DNA from: Gemmatimonadaceae bacterium
GTDB taxonomy: Bacteria; Gemmatimonadota; Gemmatimonadetes; Gemmatimonadales; Gemmatimonadaceae
Direction of reading: 5' to 3'
Length of the DNA: 64,000 nucleotides
Assembly (NCBI GenBank): GCA_045803545.1
Contig: JBJMOW010000002.1
Span: 192,001 to 256,000, forward strand
Positions 44,775 to 53,372 of this stretch are shown here, one piece after another; positions within the stretch are counted from its first letter, which is position 1; each line of letters starts with the position of its first letter. Position numbers and translations under genes: made by a program. The notes beneath the pieces were generated by a model. That model did no database searches. It was not told the DNA's origin and saw only the letters and a list, made by a program, of their open reading frames with translations.

Positions 44775-45581
44775 ATGCGTAAAGCAATCGTGACAATAGC
44801 CGCGGCCGGACTGCTCGCGGGGTGCGGCGTGTCGACGCAGCAGGAAGTACAAATGGGCCAACAGGAAGCGCAGCAGGTCAGCGCCCAACTCCCGATGGTT
44901 CAGGATTCCTACATCCAGAACTATGTGAACACGCTCGGACAGCGTATCGCGAGCAGAACTTCGCGTGCGGACCTTCAGTGGCAATTTCAGGTCGTGAATT
45001 CCGATGTCGTGAACGCCTTCGCATTGCCCGGTGGATTCATCTACATCAATCGCGGCGTGCTGGAGCGCGCGGATAACATGTCCGAAGTAGCGGGCGTGCT
45101 TGGTCACGAGATCGAACACGTCGTACGTCGGCATTCCGTCAAGCAGATGGAACAGGCGCAGGGCGCCAACGTCGGCGTGGGAATTCTTTGCGCGCTGACC
45201 GGCGTTTGTCAGAGTGGCGTGGCGCAGGCGGCGATCAACATCGGCGGCACCGCGGTTTTCGCCAAGTTCAGCCGCACCGATGAAGTGCAGGCGGATGAAG
45301 GCGGTTTCCAGAACGTCATTCGCGCCGGAATCAACCCTCGCGGAATGTTGACGCTGTTCCAGAAGCTTCTAGCCGAAGAGCAGTCCTCGGGGAACTCGAA
45401 CGTATCCGCGTGGTTCGCGGATCACCCGGGAACAACGGACCGTATCGCCGACATTCAGAGGATGCTGAATCAGACGCCGGCGTCGACGCTGAATCAGCTG
45501 CAGACCAACGATTCGAACTTCTCGACAATGAAGTCGCGGCTATCGAGGTTGGGGCCGGCACCGAAATCGGCGGGAGAGTAG
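44775..45581 (+). CDS. M48 family metalloprotease lipoprotein (BepA/YfgC-like)
   Basis: Lipobox LLAGC; NAFALPGG, HEIEH, E..AD and DHP...RI motifs. Confidence 0.92.
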   Translation: MRKAIVTIAAAGLLAGCGVSTQQEVQMGQQEAQQVSAQLPMVQDSYIQNYVNTLGQRIASRTSRADLQWQFQVVNSDVVNAFALPGGFIYINRGVLERADNMSEVAGVLGHEIEHVVRRHSVKQMEQAQGANVGVGILCALTGVCQSGVAQAAINIGGTAVFAKFSRTDEVQADEGGFQNVIRAGINPRGMLTLFQKLLAEEQSSGNSNVSAWFADHPGTTDRIADIQRMLNQTPASTLNQLQTNDSNFSTMKSRLSRLGPAPKSAGE

Positions 45582-45731
45582 AGGACTGAGGACTTAGACC
45601 AAAGGCATCGATGATTGCCGACTAAGTGAGGATTGCAGACAATCGCGGACTTAAAGCGTCTTCTCCGCGATTGTCCTCGATCAGCAATTAGTCAGCAATC
45701 ATCGATGCCCCTAGTCCTCGGGCCTCGGTCT
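45582..45731. repeat. Nested palindromic element, copy 3
   Basis: Inverted repeats at 45604-45625/45688-45709 and 45638-45649/45664-45675. The arms are near-identical to copy 2. Confidence 0.8.
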
Positions 45732-45737
45732 GACGTA

Positions 45738-45820
45738 CGGAGGGTGAGGGATTCGAACCCCCAAGCCCTTGCGGGCGCCAGTTTTCAAGACTGGTGCAAT
45801 AGCCGTTCTGCCAACCCTCC
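45738..45820 (-). tRNA. tRNA-Ser(TGA), CCA not encoded
   Basis: Acceptor stem GGAGGGT/ACCCTCC, anticodon arm CCAGT-CTTGAAA-ACTGG, variable arm GCCC-GCAA-GGGC and discriminator G. Confidence 0.95.
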
Positions 45821-45907
45821 CTCGTCCTAAGATAAAAACGGCGGGAGGTCATTACCACCCTCGACCACCTCTAGTCTGACGAGCGAGAGCGAAAACTTTT
45901 TCGGTGG

Positions 45908-48145
45908 TCAGCGCGCTCCGAGCAGGTCTTCGAGCTGAGTCGCGCGCGCGATCGCCGCAACCTGCGACCTGATTTTCGTTGCATCCTGGATGTCGCGCTT
46001 CTGATCGAGGGCCGCACTCAACTCCATCCCGGTGCGGATATAGAGGTAAGGAATGCCCGCAGAGGGGCGATCGACCCATAGCTCCCGCTTAGCAATCGAC
46101 GCCGGCGCCGTGAAGGTCGTTTGCCAGAGCGCACGCGTCGTTGGGACATCGAACGGGCCGACCCCTGCTACAGTCACGAGGCTATCGTTGGCCACCGGGC
46201 GAGCCGGCAGCAGCTTTCGCGCAAGTCCGGTAACGACGGTGAAAGGAGTGAACCCCATCTCCTCGACATACCCACCCGTCGTGCGGCTGAAGAACACCGG
46301 CCGGTCGGGAAACGCATCGCGAATCATGTAGAGGACGAATAGGTCGGCCCGCTCCAGCCCCGTAAAGTCGGTAAATGCGCGCGGGCGAATGTTCACCACG
46401 ATTTGCGTTCCGTCTTTTCTGAAAGTCTGTGGCGCTGTGAGCTCGATTGCCGACGGAACAGCATCGGCTTCGTCCATCGTCATTTTGACTGGAGGTCCGC
46501 TTGGCCTTTTCCAGGCACGACCTCGATATGCGGTCGGCCCGCGCAGAGAATCATATTCGTACACTGGGCGCCGCAGCATTTGGCGGGTGTACCAGTCGGT
46601 GTTGAGTAACGACAGGCAGGCAACGATCACATCCTTTCTGATGCCCTGGACTTCCTGGGCGTACCACAATGGGAAAGTGTCGTTGTCGCCGGCGGTAACC
46701 AGAATCCCATACGGCTCGACCGAATTCAGAAGGTCCACTGCGAAATCGGCGGTGTCAGTCTGTCCGGCACGCGACGCGGATTTCCAGTTTCCGAACAATG
46801 GTACCAGCGCGAGTGCGAGTACCGGCGCAGACAGCAGCCAGCTCCGGCGCGTCGGCAATGTCAATGTCTCAGATCCGACCTCGAGCTTCTGGGATCGAAT
46901 CATTACCGCGATCGTTTCCCAGACGTACACGAGTCCCAGTGCTGCCCAGACACTCCACGCTGAAAAGCTCCACAGGTAGAAGTAGTCGCGATCTCGTACC
47001 TCACGCGGCACGCTGTCTCCGAGCTCGGGCGCCTGCGACGATCCATACTTGAAATTCATGTAGTAGATGAGCGCGATCGTCACGGTGAACATCAATGGAC
47101 CGAAGTAACCGAAGGAATGACGGTCGCGCTTCCAGTGGACGTAACCGCCGAGCCCACCCAGGAAAAGGAACAGGGTCGCAAGCATCGCCTGCAGACCGGC
47201 GTGATTCTGGAACGGATCGCGCAGCCACTGCCAGCGGAAGTAAACCCACCACATCTCGACCTGCGCGTAGAATGGCGCCTGTCGCTGAGACAATGCCGGC
47301 TTCCCGTACTGGCCGCGATTGAAGTTGTACATGAAGCGACGGACCGTTGCTTTGCTAAACGTGCAGCTCGCACTGATGGTTGTCGTGCAGCCTGTCGGCT
47401 CACCCTCGTTGATCGCCGGGAACCGTGCGGCACGGAGTGGCTGGGTGAGGAACGGCGTCATTCCCAACAGGAGTGCGCCGGCGATTGCGAGAAGAAGCTT
47501 CCAGCGGAGCATCGTATTGGGGCTGCGCAAGACAATGGCAATCGCCACCGCGGGCAATGCGAGGAACCCCGCCATGTGATTCGCGTAACCGAGACCGCTA
47601 AGGTAGGCGATGAGAACGAGCAGTCTATCCGCTTTCTCGCCGTGTGGATCGTCGCACCAGCGCACGATCAACCACGACACCAGCGCCAATCCCAACAGCG
47701 AGATAGTGTAGACCTTTTCGTTGACGACCGATTGCGACCAGACGGTGAAGGCGCTCGCGCCGATCAGTGCCGCCAGTGCTCCGCCGACGATTCGCTGCCA
47801 ACGGTCAGGCAGCCAGCCTACCAGCACCCGCTCGGTGATGAGAAACCAGAAGCCCGCTGCTGCGGCGCTGCAGAGCGCCGCCAGAATGTTGATCCGCATC
47901 GCGACGTTCGGTGCTATCGGCAGGATCGCGAAGAATCGACCGAGTATCACGAAGAACGGATTACCGGGCGGGTGGGGCAGGCCGAAGGTGTAAGCGGCAG
48001 CGATGTATTCGCTGGTGTCCCACATCGCCGTCGATGGCGCTAGCGTGAGCAAGTAAATCAGGAAAATAAAGGCCGACACTCCGGCAGCCGCGCGGTATGA
48101 CGGTCGATATTCCTCGTGCTCTCGCTCGAGAATGTCGGTCGTCAT
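45908..48145 (-). CDS. DUF2723 membrane glycosyltransferase (TMEM260-like, GT-C)
   Basis: WDTSEYI...HPPGNP, E.R.RDYFY and GDNDTFPLWY.QEV motifs. Confidence 0.88.
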   Translation of the reverse strand: MTTDILEREHEEYRPSYRAAAGVSAFIFLIYLLTLAPSTAMWDTSEYIAAAYTFGLPHPPGNPFFVILGRFFAILPIAPNVAMRINILAALCSAAAAGFWFLITERVLVGWLPDRWQRIVGGALAALIGASAFTVWSQSVVNEKVYTISLLGLALVSWLIVRWCDDPHGEKADRLLVLIAYLSGLGYANHMAGFLALPAVAIAIVLRSPNTMLRWKLLLAIAGALLLGMTPFLTQPLRAARFPAINEGEPTGCTTTISASCTFSKATVRRFMYNFNRGQYGKPALSQRQAPFYAQVEMWWVYFRWQWLRDPFQNHAGLQAMLATLFLFLGGLGGYVHWKRDRHSFGYFGPLMFTVTIALIYYMNFKYGSSQAPELGDSVPREVRDRDYFYLWSFSAWSVWAALGLVYVWETIAVMIRSQKLEVGSETLTLPTRRSWLLSAPVLALALVPLFGNWKSASRAGQTDTADFAVDLLNSVEPYGILVTAGDNDTFPLWYAQEVQGIRKDVIVACLSLLNTDWYTRQMLRRPVYEYDSLRGPTAYRGRAWKRPSGPPVKMTMDEADAVPSAIELTAPQTFRKDGTQIVVNIRPRAFTDFTGLERADLFVLYMIRDAFPDRPVFFSRTTGGYVEEMGFTPFTVVTGLARKLLPARPVANDSLVTVAGVGPFDVPTTRALWQTTFTAPASIAKRELWVDRPSAGIPYLYIRTGMELSAALDQKRDIQDATKIRSQVAAIARATQLEDLLGAR

Positions 48146-49678
48146 CTAGTGGCGGAACTGCCTCTTGCCGGTGAAGACCATCGCGATGTCGTACTCGTTG
48201 GCTGCCTGAATGACATCTTCGTCACGCACCGACCCGCCTGGCTGAACGATGGCGGCGACGCCGGCTTCCGCCGCCTGCTCGACGCCGTCACGAAAAGGGA
48301 AGAACGCGTCGGACCCCATCACAGATCCACGGGTATCGTGACCGGCGAGCCCCGCCTTGTGCACTGAGAGAAACGCGGCGTCGACGCGAGACATCTGGCC
48401 AGCGCCGATTCCGATCGTCGCACCGTCCCGCGCCAGCACGATTGCGTTGGACTTCACGCTTCCGACCGCGCGCCATGCGAACTGCAGATCCTTCAACTCT
48501 GTTTCGGATGGCTGCCTCCGGGTGACGACCCGCCACTCGCTCTGACCCGCGTCCCGCGATGCCCGCTCCTGCGCCAGGAAACCACCGCGCACTCGCTTGA
48601 AGTCCAGCGCATGGTCTCGCCACTGAGCGCGCCCTTCGAGCACGCGCAGGTTCTTCTTGCGGCCGAGAATCTCCAGCGCACCGTCGCTGAACTTCGGCGC
48701 AACGATGCATTCGACAAAAAGACTGGAGACAGCCTCCGCCGTTTCGTCGTCAACCGGAACGGTGAACGAAATCACCGAACCGAAGGCCGATAACGGATCA
48801 CAAGCCAGCGCTTTCCTGTACGAATCGAGGGGCGATGTACCGGTCGCAAGCCCGCACGGAGTGGTGTGCTTGACGATCGCGCAGCATACTTCCTCCGAGA
48901 ACGGATCGCTGGCAAACAGTGCTCCCTCGAGATCGAGGAGGTTGTTGAAGGACAGCTCCTTGCCGCCTTTCTGCTGCAGCGCGGCGATGCCGTCGTGCTT
49001 GCGCTCGACGTAAAACGCGGCCCGCTGGCCCGGATTCTCGCCGTACCGAAGATTGCTTTCCTTCATCAGCGGAATGGCGAGCCGGTCGGAGAAGACTTCG
49101 GAGCGCTGGCACCCGAACCAGTAGGCGATCGCAGAGTCGTACGCGGCAGTGCGCGCAAAAACCTTCTCGGCGAGCAGTCGACGCAAATCGAGATCGTCGT
49201 CACCTGCCTCGAGCGCTGCCAACACTCTCGCATAGTCGGCCGGATCCACGATCACCGTCACCGACTCGAAATTCTTGGCGGCTGAGCGCAACATCGATGG
49301 TCCGCCGATGTCGATTTGTTCGATGACTTCCGACGGCGTAACGCCTTTTCGCACCGCGGTCTGTTCAAAGGGGTAGAGATTCACGGCGACGAGATCGATC
49401 AGAGAGATCCCATGCTCTCTGACGGCGTTCATGTGCTCGGGCACATCCCGGCGCGCGAGCAAGGCGCCGTGAATCGCCGGGTGAAGTGTCTTCACTCGGC
49501 CATCGAGCATCTCCGGAAACTGAGTGATCTCGCTCACTTCGCGGACGGGAACGCCAGCCTCGCGCAGCGCCTTCGCTGTGCCACCGGTGGAGATTAGACC
49601 CCAGCCTAGCTGAACGAGACCCTTTGCGAAATCGATAAGGCCGGTCTTGTCAGAGACCGAGAGCAGCGCTGTGGGCAT
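48146..49678 (-). CDS. purH: Bifunctional AICAR transformylase/IMP cyclohydrolase
   Basis: ALLSVSDKTG, GRVKTLHP, IDIGGP, LRYGENP and SDAFFPF motifs. Confidence 0.98.
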   Translation of the reverse strand: MPTALLSVSDKTGLIDFAKGLVQLGWGLISTGGTAKALREAGVPVREVSEITQFPEMLDGRVKTLHPAIHGALLARRDVPEHMNAVREHGISLIDLVAVNLYPFEQTAVRKGVTPSEVIEQIDIGGPSMLRSAAKNFESVTVIVDPADYARVLAALEAGDDDLDLRRLLAEKVFARTAAYDSAIAYWFGCQRSEVFSDRLAIPLMKESNLRYGENPGQRAAFYVERKHDGIAALQQKGGKELSFNNLLDLEGALFASDPFSEEVCCAIVKHTTPCGLATGTSPLDSYRKALACDPLSAFGSVISFTVPVDDETAEAVSSLFVECIVAPKFSDGALEILGRKKNLRVLEGRAQWRDHALDFKRVRGGFLAQERASRDAGQSEWRVVTRRQPSETELKDLQFAWRAVGSVKSNAIVLARDGATIGIGAGQMSRVDAAFLSVHKAGLAGHDTRGSVMGSDAFFPFRDGVEQAAEAGVAAIVQPGGSVRDEDVIQAANEYDIAMVFTGKRQFRH

Positions 49679-49679
49679 G

Positions 49680-50279
49680 TCAGACAGAAATCTTGGATTC
49701 GACGTTGAGAAGGATCGCTACCATTTCGATAACGCGTGGATAAACGACGTGCTCCACGCTCAGAATGCGTAAAGCGAGCGCCTCGGGGGTGTCGCCGGCC
49801 TCGACCGGTACTCGCCACTGTGCAACGATTGCTCCCCGATCGTAATCGTCATTCACTACATGCACGGTCACACCGCTTTCCTTCGCCCCGGAAGCAATGA
49901 CTGCCTCGTGGACGCGTGCACCGTACATGCCCTCCCCACCGAAATCCGGCAGCAGGGCAGGGTGGATGTTGAGGATTCGGCCCGAGTATTCGCGAACGAC
50001 CCTGGGCGGAACACGTTTGAGGTAACCTGCCAGCACGACCAGGTCGACGCGAAAGCGCTGAAGGATCTCGAGCAGCTGATCGCCATCATCCGCCGCGTCG
50101 AAGCTGGCAATGTCGATCGATGCCGTGGCAGCGCGGATCAGTGCAGGCGAGTCGGGGCGGTTGGAGGCGACAAGAACTACTTTGGCGATGCGCTCGCGCG
50201 AAATATTGTCGAAATGATCGATGATCGCCTGCAGATTGGAGCCGCGCCCCGAGGCGAGAACGGCGAGTCGTGAGGACAT
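49680..50279 (-). CDS. purN: Phosphoribosylglycinamide formyltransferase
   Basis: SGRGSNLQAII, NIHPALLP and SGVTVH.V...YD.G motifs. Confidence 0.97.
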   Translation of the reverse strand: MSSRLAVLASGRGSNLQAIIDHFDNISRERIAKVVLVASNRPDSPALIRAATASIDIASFDAADDGDQLLEILQRFRVDLVVLAGYLKRVPPRVVREYSGRILNIHPALLPDFGGEGMYGARVHEAVIASGAKESGVTVHVVNDDYDRGAIVAQWRVPVEAGDTPEALALRILSVEHVVYPRVIEMVAILLNVESKISV

Positions 50280-50287
50280 CCCCGATT

Positions 50288-50863
50288 TTACGGTTTGCGC
50301 TTTCGCGGAGTAAGACCGCTGAGCAACTTGCCGACCGCAGCGGCGAGATCGGGCGCAGTTTCGAAGCCATCATTTCTCGCTCGCTGTCGATCTTCCGAGG
50401 TCGTCTCCGAGGAATCGATCATGATCCCACGCCCGCCAAGTTTCTTCGCCGCGACTACATCGCGCCAGCGGTCGCCAATGTAGGCAGCATGTGCGGGATC
50501 GAGCTCGAGCTCGGCGATCGCCTGTTCGAACATCTGCGTTGCGGGCTTACGACAATTGCAGACCGGCGGATCGTCCGGCAGATGTGGGCAGTAGTAGCTG
50601 GCATCGACGTGAGCGTCCTCGTCACGGAGAAGTGATTCGAAACGCGCGCGCACCTTCTCGTAGTCATCGGTGGTGAAGATTCCGCGCGCGATCCCCGACT
50701 GATTGGTGACGACGATGACCGGAATGCCGGCATCGTTGATCCTCTTCACGGCGGCAGCGGCACCTGGTAACAGGCGTACCTGTTCCGGTGATTTGATGTA
50801 GTGCGCGTCTTCCATGATCGTGCCGTCGCGATCCAGGAAGACCGCGCTTGGCTGTCTATTCAC
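50288..50863 (-). CDS. gmhB: HAD-IIIA phosphatase (D,D-heptose 1,7-bisphosphate phosphatase-like)
   Basis: FLDRDGT, TNQSG, YCPH....C.CRKP and IGD motifs. The GTG at 50863 overlaps the selA stop. Confidence 0.85.
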   Translation of the reverse strand: MNRQPSAVFLDRDGTIMEDAHYIKSPEQVRLLPGAAAAVKRINDAGIPVIVVTNQSGIARGIFTTDDYEKVRARFESLLRDEDAHVDASYYCPHLPDDPPVCNCRKPATQMFEQAIAELELDPAHAAYIGDRWRDVVAAKKLGGRGIMIDSSETTSEDRQRARNDGFETAPDLAAAVGKLLSGLTPRKRKP

Positions 50864-52215
50864 AAGAGCGCCTTTATCAATGCGGCTGCGAGATCGCCGT
50901 CCTCGCCTGGCAACACACTGCGCAAATCGAGCAGAAGTCGATTGTCTTCGATGCGGCCGATTACCGGAGGATCGCCGCATCGTAGCTTAGACTCGAGTCG
51001 TTCGGCGTTTGCCACCGGCGCCACTGCGCGCGATTCAATCCCTGCTGTCGGGAACGCCCCACCGCCGACGCTCGATTCGCTGGCGACGACATCGGCTGAG
51101 TGGCCCTGGTTGCGCAGCGCCGCGACGAGATTGATTGCGCGCGCGTTCAGGTCGTCGACGCGCGCGGTCAGCATCTGGAGGACCGGGATCTCGCTCAGAG
51201 CGACCTCTCGATCGAGATATAATCGCAGGGTTGCTTCGAGCGCGGCCAGAGTCAGCTTGTCCACCCGCATCGCGCGCGTGAATGGATTCTTGCGCAGCTT
51301 CGCGATTGCGTCGGCGTTGCCGAGCACGATGCCCGCCTGCGGGCCTCCGAGCAGCTTGTCGCCGCTCATCAATACGAGCGTTGCGCCTGATCTCACCGCC
51401 GTCTCCGCCGTCGGCTCGCCAGCCAAACCGAAATCATCGAGCGAGACCATCAACCCACTGCCAAGATCGTGGATCACAGGCAGGCCATGCTCCGCGGCGA
51501 TAAACACGAGCTTCTCGACATTGACATCCGACGTGAAGCCTTCGATCGCAAAATTGCTGCGATGGACTTTGACAATCGCGCCCGTCTTTGGAGTAATGGC
51601 GCGTCGATAGTCATCGTCGTGCGTGCGATTGGTGGTTCCTACTTCCACGAGTCGAGCACCACTCCGCGCCATAATGTCAGGAATGCGGAAGCTGCCGCCA
51701 ATCTCGACCAGCTCACCGCGCGAGACCAGCGCCTCTTTCTTTTGCGCGAGAGCATTCAGGGCCAGCACCATTGCAGCTGCGCAGTTGTTGACTACGAGTG
51801 CGTCTTCGGCTCCGGTGAGCTGTCGCAGCAGGTCGACGCAATGCGTGTAGCGAGATCCGCGTTTCCCGGAGTCGAGATCATACTCCAGATTGCTGAAGCC
51901 ACGTGCGACTGCAGCGATCGCGCGAATGGCCGCTTCCGCGAGCGGGGCGCGACCGAGATTTGTGTGTAGCACAACGCCGGTGCCGTTGATCACACGGCGA
52001 AGCGATGGCCGACTTGCATCTGAAACCGCGGCGGCGATTGACTCACCCCATTGTTGTTCACTGCGTTGTGCCCCGCCGGTGGCTCGAGCGGCGTCGAGCG
52101 TACGGCGCACAGCTTCGAGTACCACTCGTCGCGGATGCTCCCCCAACAGCTCCCTCACGACGGGGGTCAGCAGCAGTGCGCTCACGCTCGGCAGCTCACG
52201 GCGGGTGTCCGTCAT
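50860..52215 (-). CDS. selA: L-seryl-tRNA(Sec) selenium transferase
   Basis: VINGTGVVLHTNLGRAP, SRGELVEIGGSFRIP, EVGTTNRT and SGDKLLGGPQAG motifs. Confidence 0.96.
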   Translation of the reverse strand: MTDTRRELPSVSALLLTPVVRELLGEHPRRVVLEAVRRTLDAARATGGAQRSEQQWGESIAAAVSDASRPSLRRVINGTGVVLHTNLGRAPLAEAAIRAIAAVARGFSNLEYDLDSGKRGSRYTHCVDLLRQLTGAEDALVVNNCAAAMVLALNALAQKKEALVSRGELVEIGGSFRIPDIMARSGARLVEVGTTNRTHDDDYRRAITPKTGAIVKVHRSNFAIEGFTSDVNVEKLVFIAAEHGLPVIHDLGSGLMVSLDDFGLAGEPTAETAVRSGATLVLMSGDKLLGGPQAGIVLGNADAIAKLRKNPFTRAMRVDKLTLAALEATLRLYLDREVALSEIPVLQMLTARVDDLNARAINLVAALRNQGHSADVVASESSVGGGAFPTAGIESRAVAPVANAERLESKLRCGDPPVIGRIEDNRLLLDLRSVLPGEDGDLAAALIKALL

Positions 52216-53372
52216 TTCTTGGGAGGCGGCGTGGCGGGTGCCTTCACCGGGGCGGGCGCAATGGGAGCCGGCACGGTATACGTACGCTCACTGTCGCCGC
52301 TTCGTCCCAGCAGTCCGCGAATTCCGATGGCGCGGACGCGATAGACTGCCTTCGGCACTAACGGTCCCTGCAGCTTGAGCTCGACTTCACTGATCGGCGA
52401 GGGCTTCGGCATTGTCGGCGGCGGCGTCGTGTCCGGTGGTTGTATCGGTGCGTTACCGCGCGGAGGCAACGGTTGGTTTCGAACCGGAGCGGGGGCGCGG
52501 ACCGGCGCGGTCGTATCCGGTGCGGGAGGGCCAGCTCGCGAAATCGGTATTGGAGCCGAGTCGGGGCCAGTCACCGCAAAGTTCGTGACCGTCAGCGTCT
52601 GAGCCGGATCGATCGGGCGGTCAAAAGCGACGCGCAACGTAGTCGAGTCGATTTGCCGCACCTCGCGAATCCGCGGCGGCATCGTGTCGTGGACGAATAT
52701 CAGCAGACTGACTTTCGCGCTATCCGCCAGCGTGACGATGGTGCTATCCCAGGGTTCGCTGGGATCGATGCTGAGATTGCGGTTTCGATCGAGATAGGCG
52801 CGCACCGTGTAGCGCGTAACCGGCAGGTGATCGATTGCGAATCTTCCGGCGGAATCGACGACTCCGACGTACGGATGAATCGTGTCGGGCGGTACCAGGG
52901 CCTCGACGAGGGCGCCATTTGCCGGCGTGCCGGCAACCCAATCGAACACCGCGCCTGTGATGCGCGTGTGAGGAACGCTGCCGCCGGTCGAAAAGAATGT
53001 TGTCGCGCCGGTATTGCGAACGTTGCCACGGATGTCGGCGAGGCCACGCAGCAGGATCACAGTGTATGAAGTGTTCGCGCGCCAGCCATGCGTAGGTCGG
53101 ACTCCGACTGCGTCGCGATGCCACGATGCATCCGGAACCCCATCACGCGGCGAGATCACGAACAAATCGGAGAGCGAAGTAATCGAAGGCGGGCGCTCGG
53201 CGACGACCTCATCAAACTGAAACAGCACTTCCTTCGGTTTCACTGAAACCGCGCCCGAATCGGGCGTGATGCGTACAATTTGCGGTGCAGCAATGTCCGG
53301 CGGTCCGCCGGGCGGCATGCCGGGCTGGGCGCAAGCAAGTCCCGCCACGGCGACGGCGACTAGCCGTCGCAA
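52212..53372 (-). CDS. Ig-like (Big_5) domain lipoprotein
   Basis: Lipobox GLAC followed by A.PG.P.GGPPD..AP, FDE.V and D.RGN. Start set at TTG 53372; the ORF-track start 53417 overlaps valS. Confidence 0.75.
   Translation of the reverse strand: MRRLVAVAVAGLACAQPGMPPGGPPDIAAPQIVRITPDSGAVSVKPKEVLFQFDEVVAERPPSITSLSDLFVISPRDGVPDASWHRDAVGVRPTHGWRANTSYTVILLRGLADIRGNVRNTGATTFFSTGGSVPHTRITGAVFDWVAGTPANGALVEALVPPDTIHPYVGVVDSAGRFAIDHLPVTRYTVRAYLDRNRNLSIDPSEPWDSTIVTLADSAKVSLLIFVHDTMPPRIREVRQIDSTTLRVAFDRPIDPAQTLTVTNFAVTGPDSAPIPISRAGPPAPDTTAPVRAPAPVRNQPLPPRGNAPIQPPDTTPPPTMPKPSPISEVELKLQGPLVPKAVYRVRAIGIRGLLGRSGDSERTYTVPAPIAPAPVKAPATPPPKK

Noticed and set aside
29087..45731. Segment between the two tRNA-Ser genes as an integrated island bounded by repeats
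   Set aside because: There is no integrase, no duplicated tRNA 3' end and no obvious compositional shift. The palindromes look like dispersed repeats.
9287..45731. Palindromic repeats as a CRISPR array
   Set aside because: The copies are kilobases apart, with no repeat-spacer periodicity and no cas genes.
45738..45820. tRNA with a TGA triplet near selA read as tRNA-Sec or a suppressor
   Set aside because: Anticodon TGA decodes Ser UCA. tRNA-Sec needs anticodon TCA and an extended acceptor stem, and this is a normal 83-nt tRNA-Ser.
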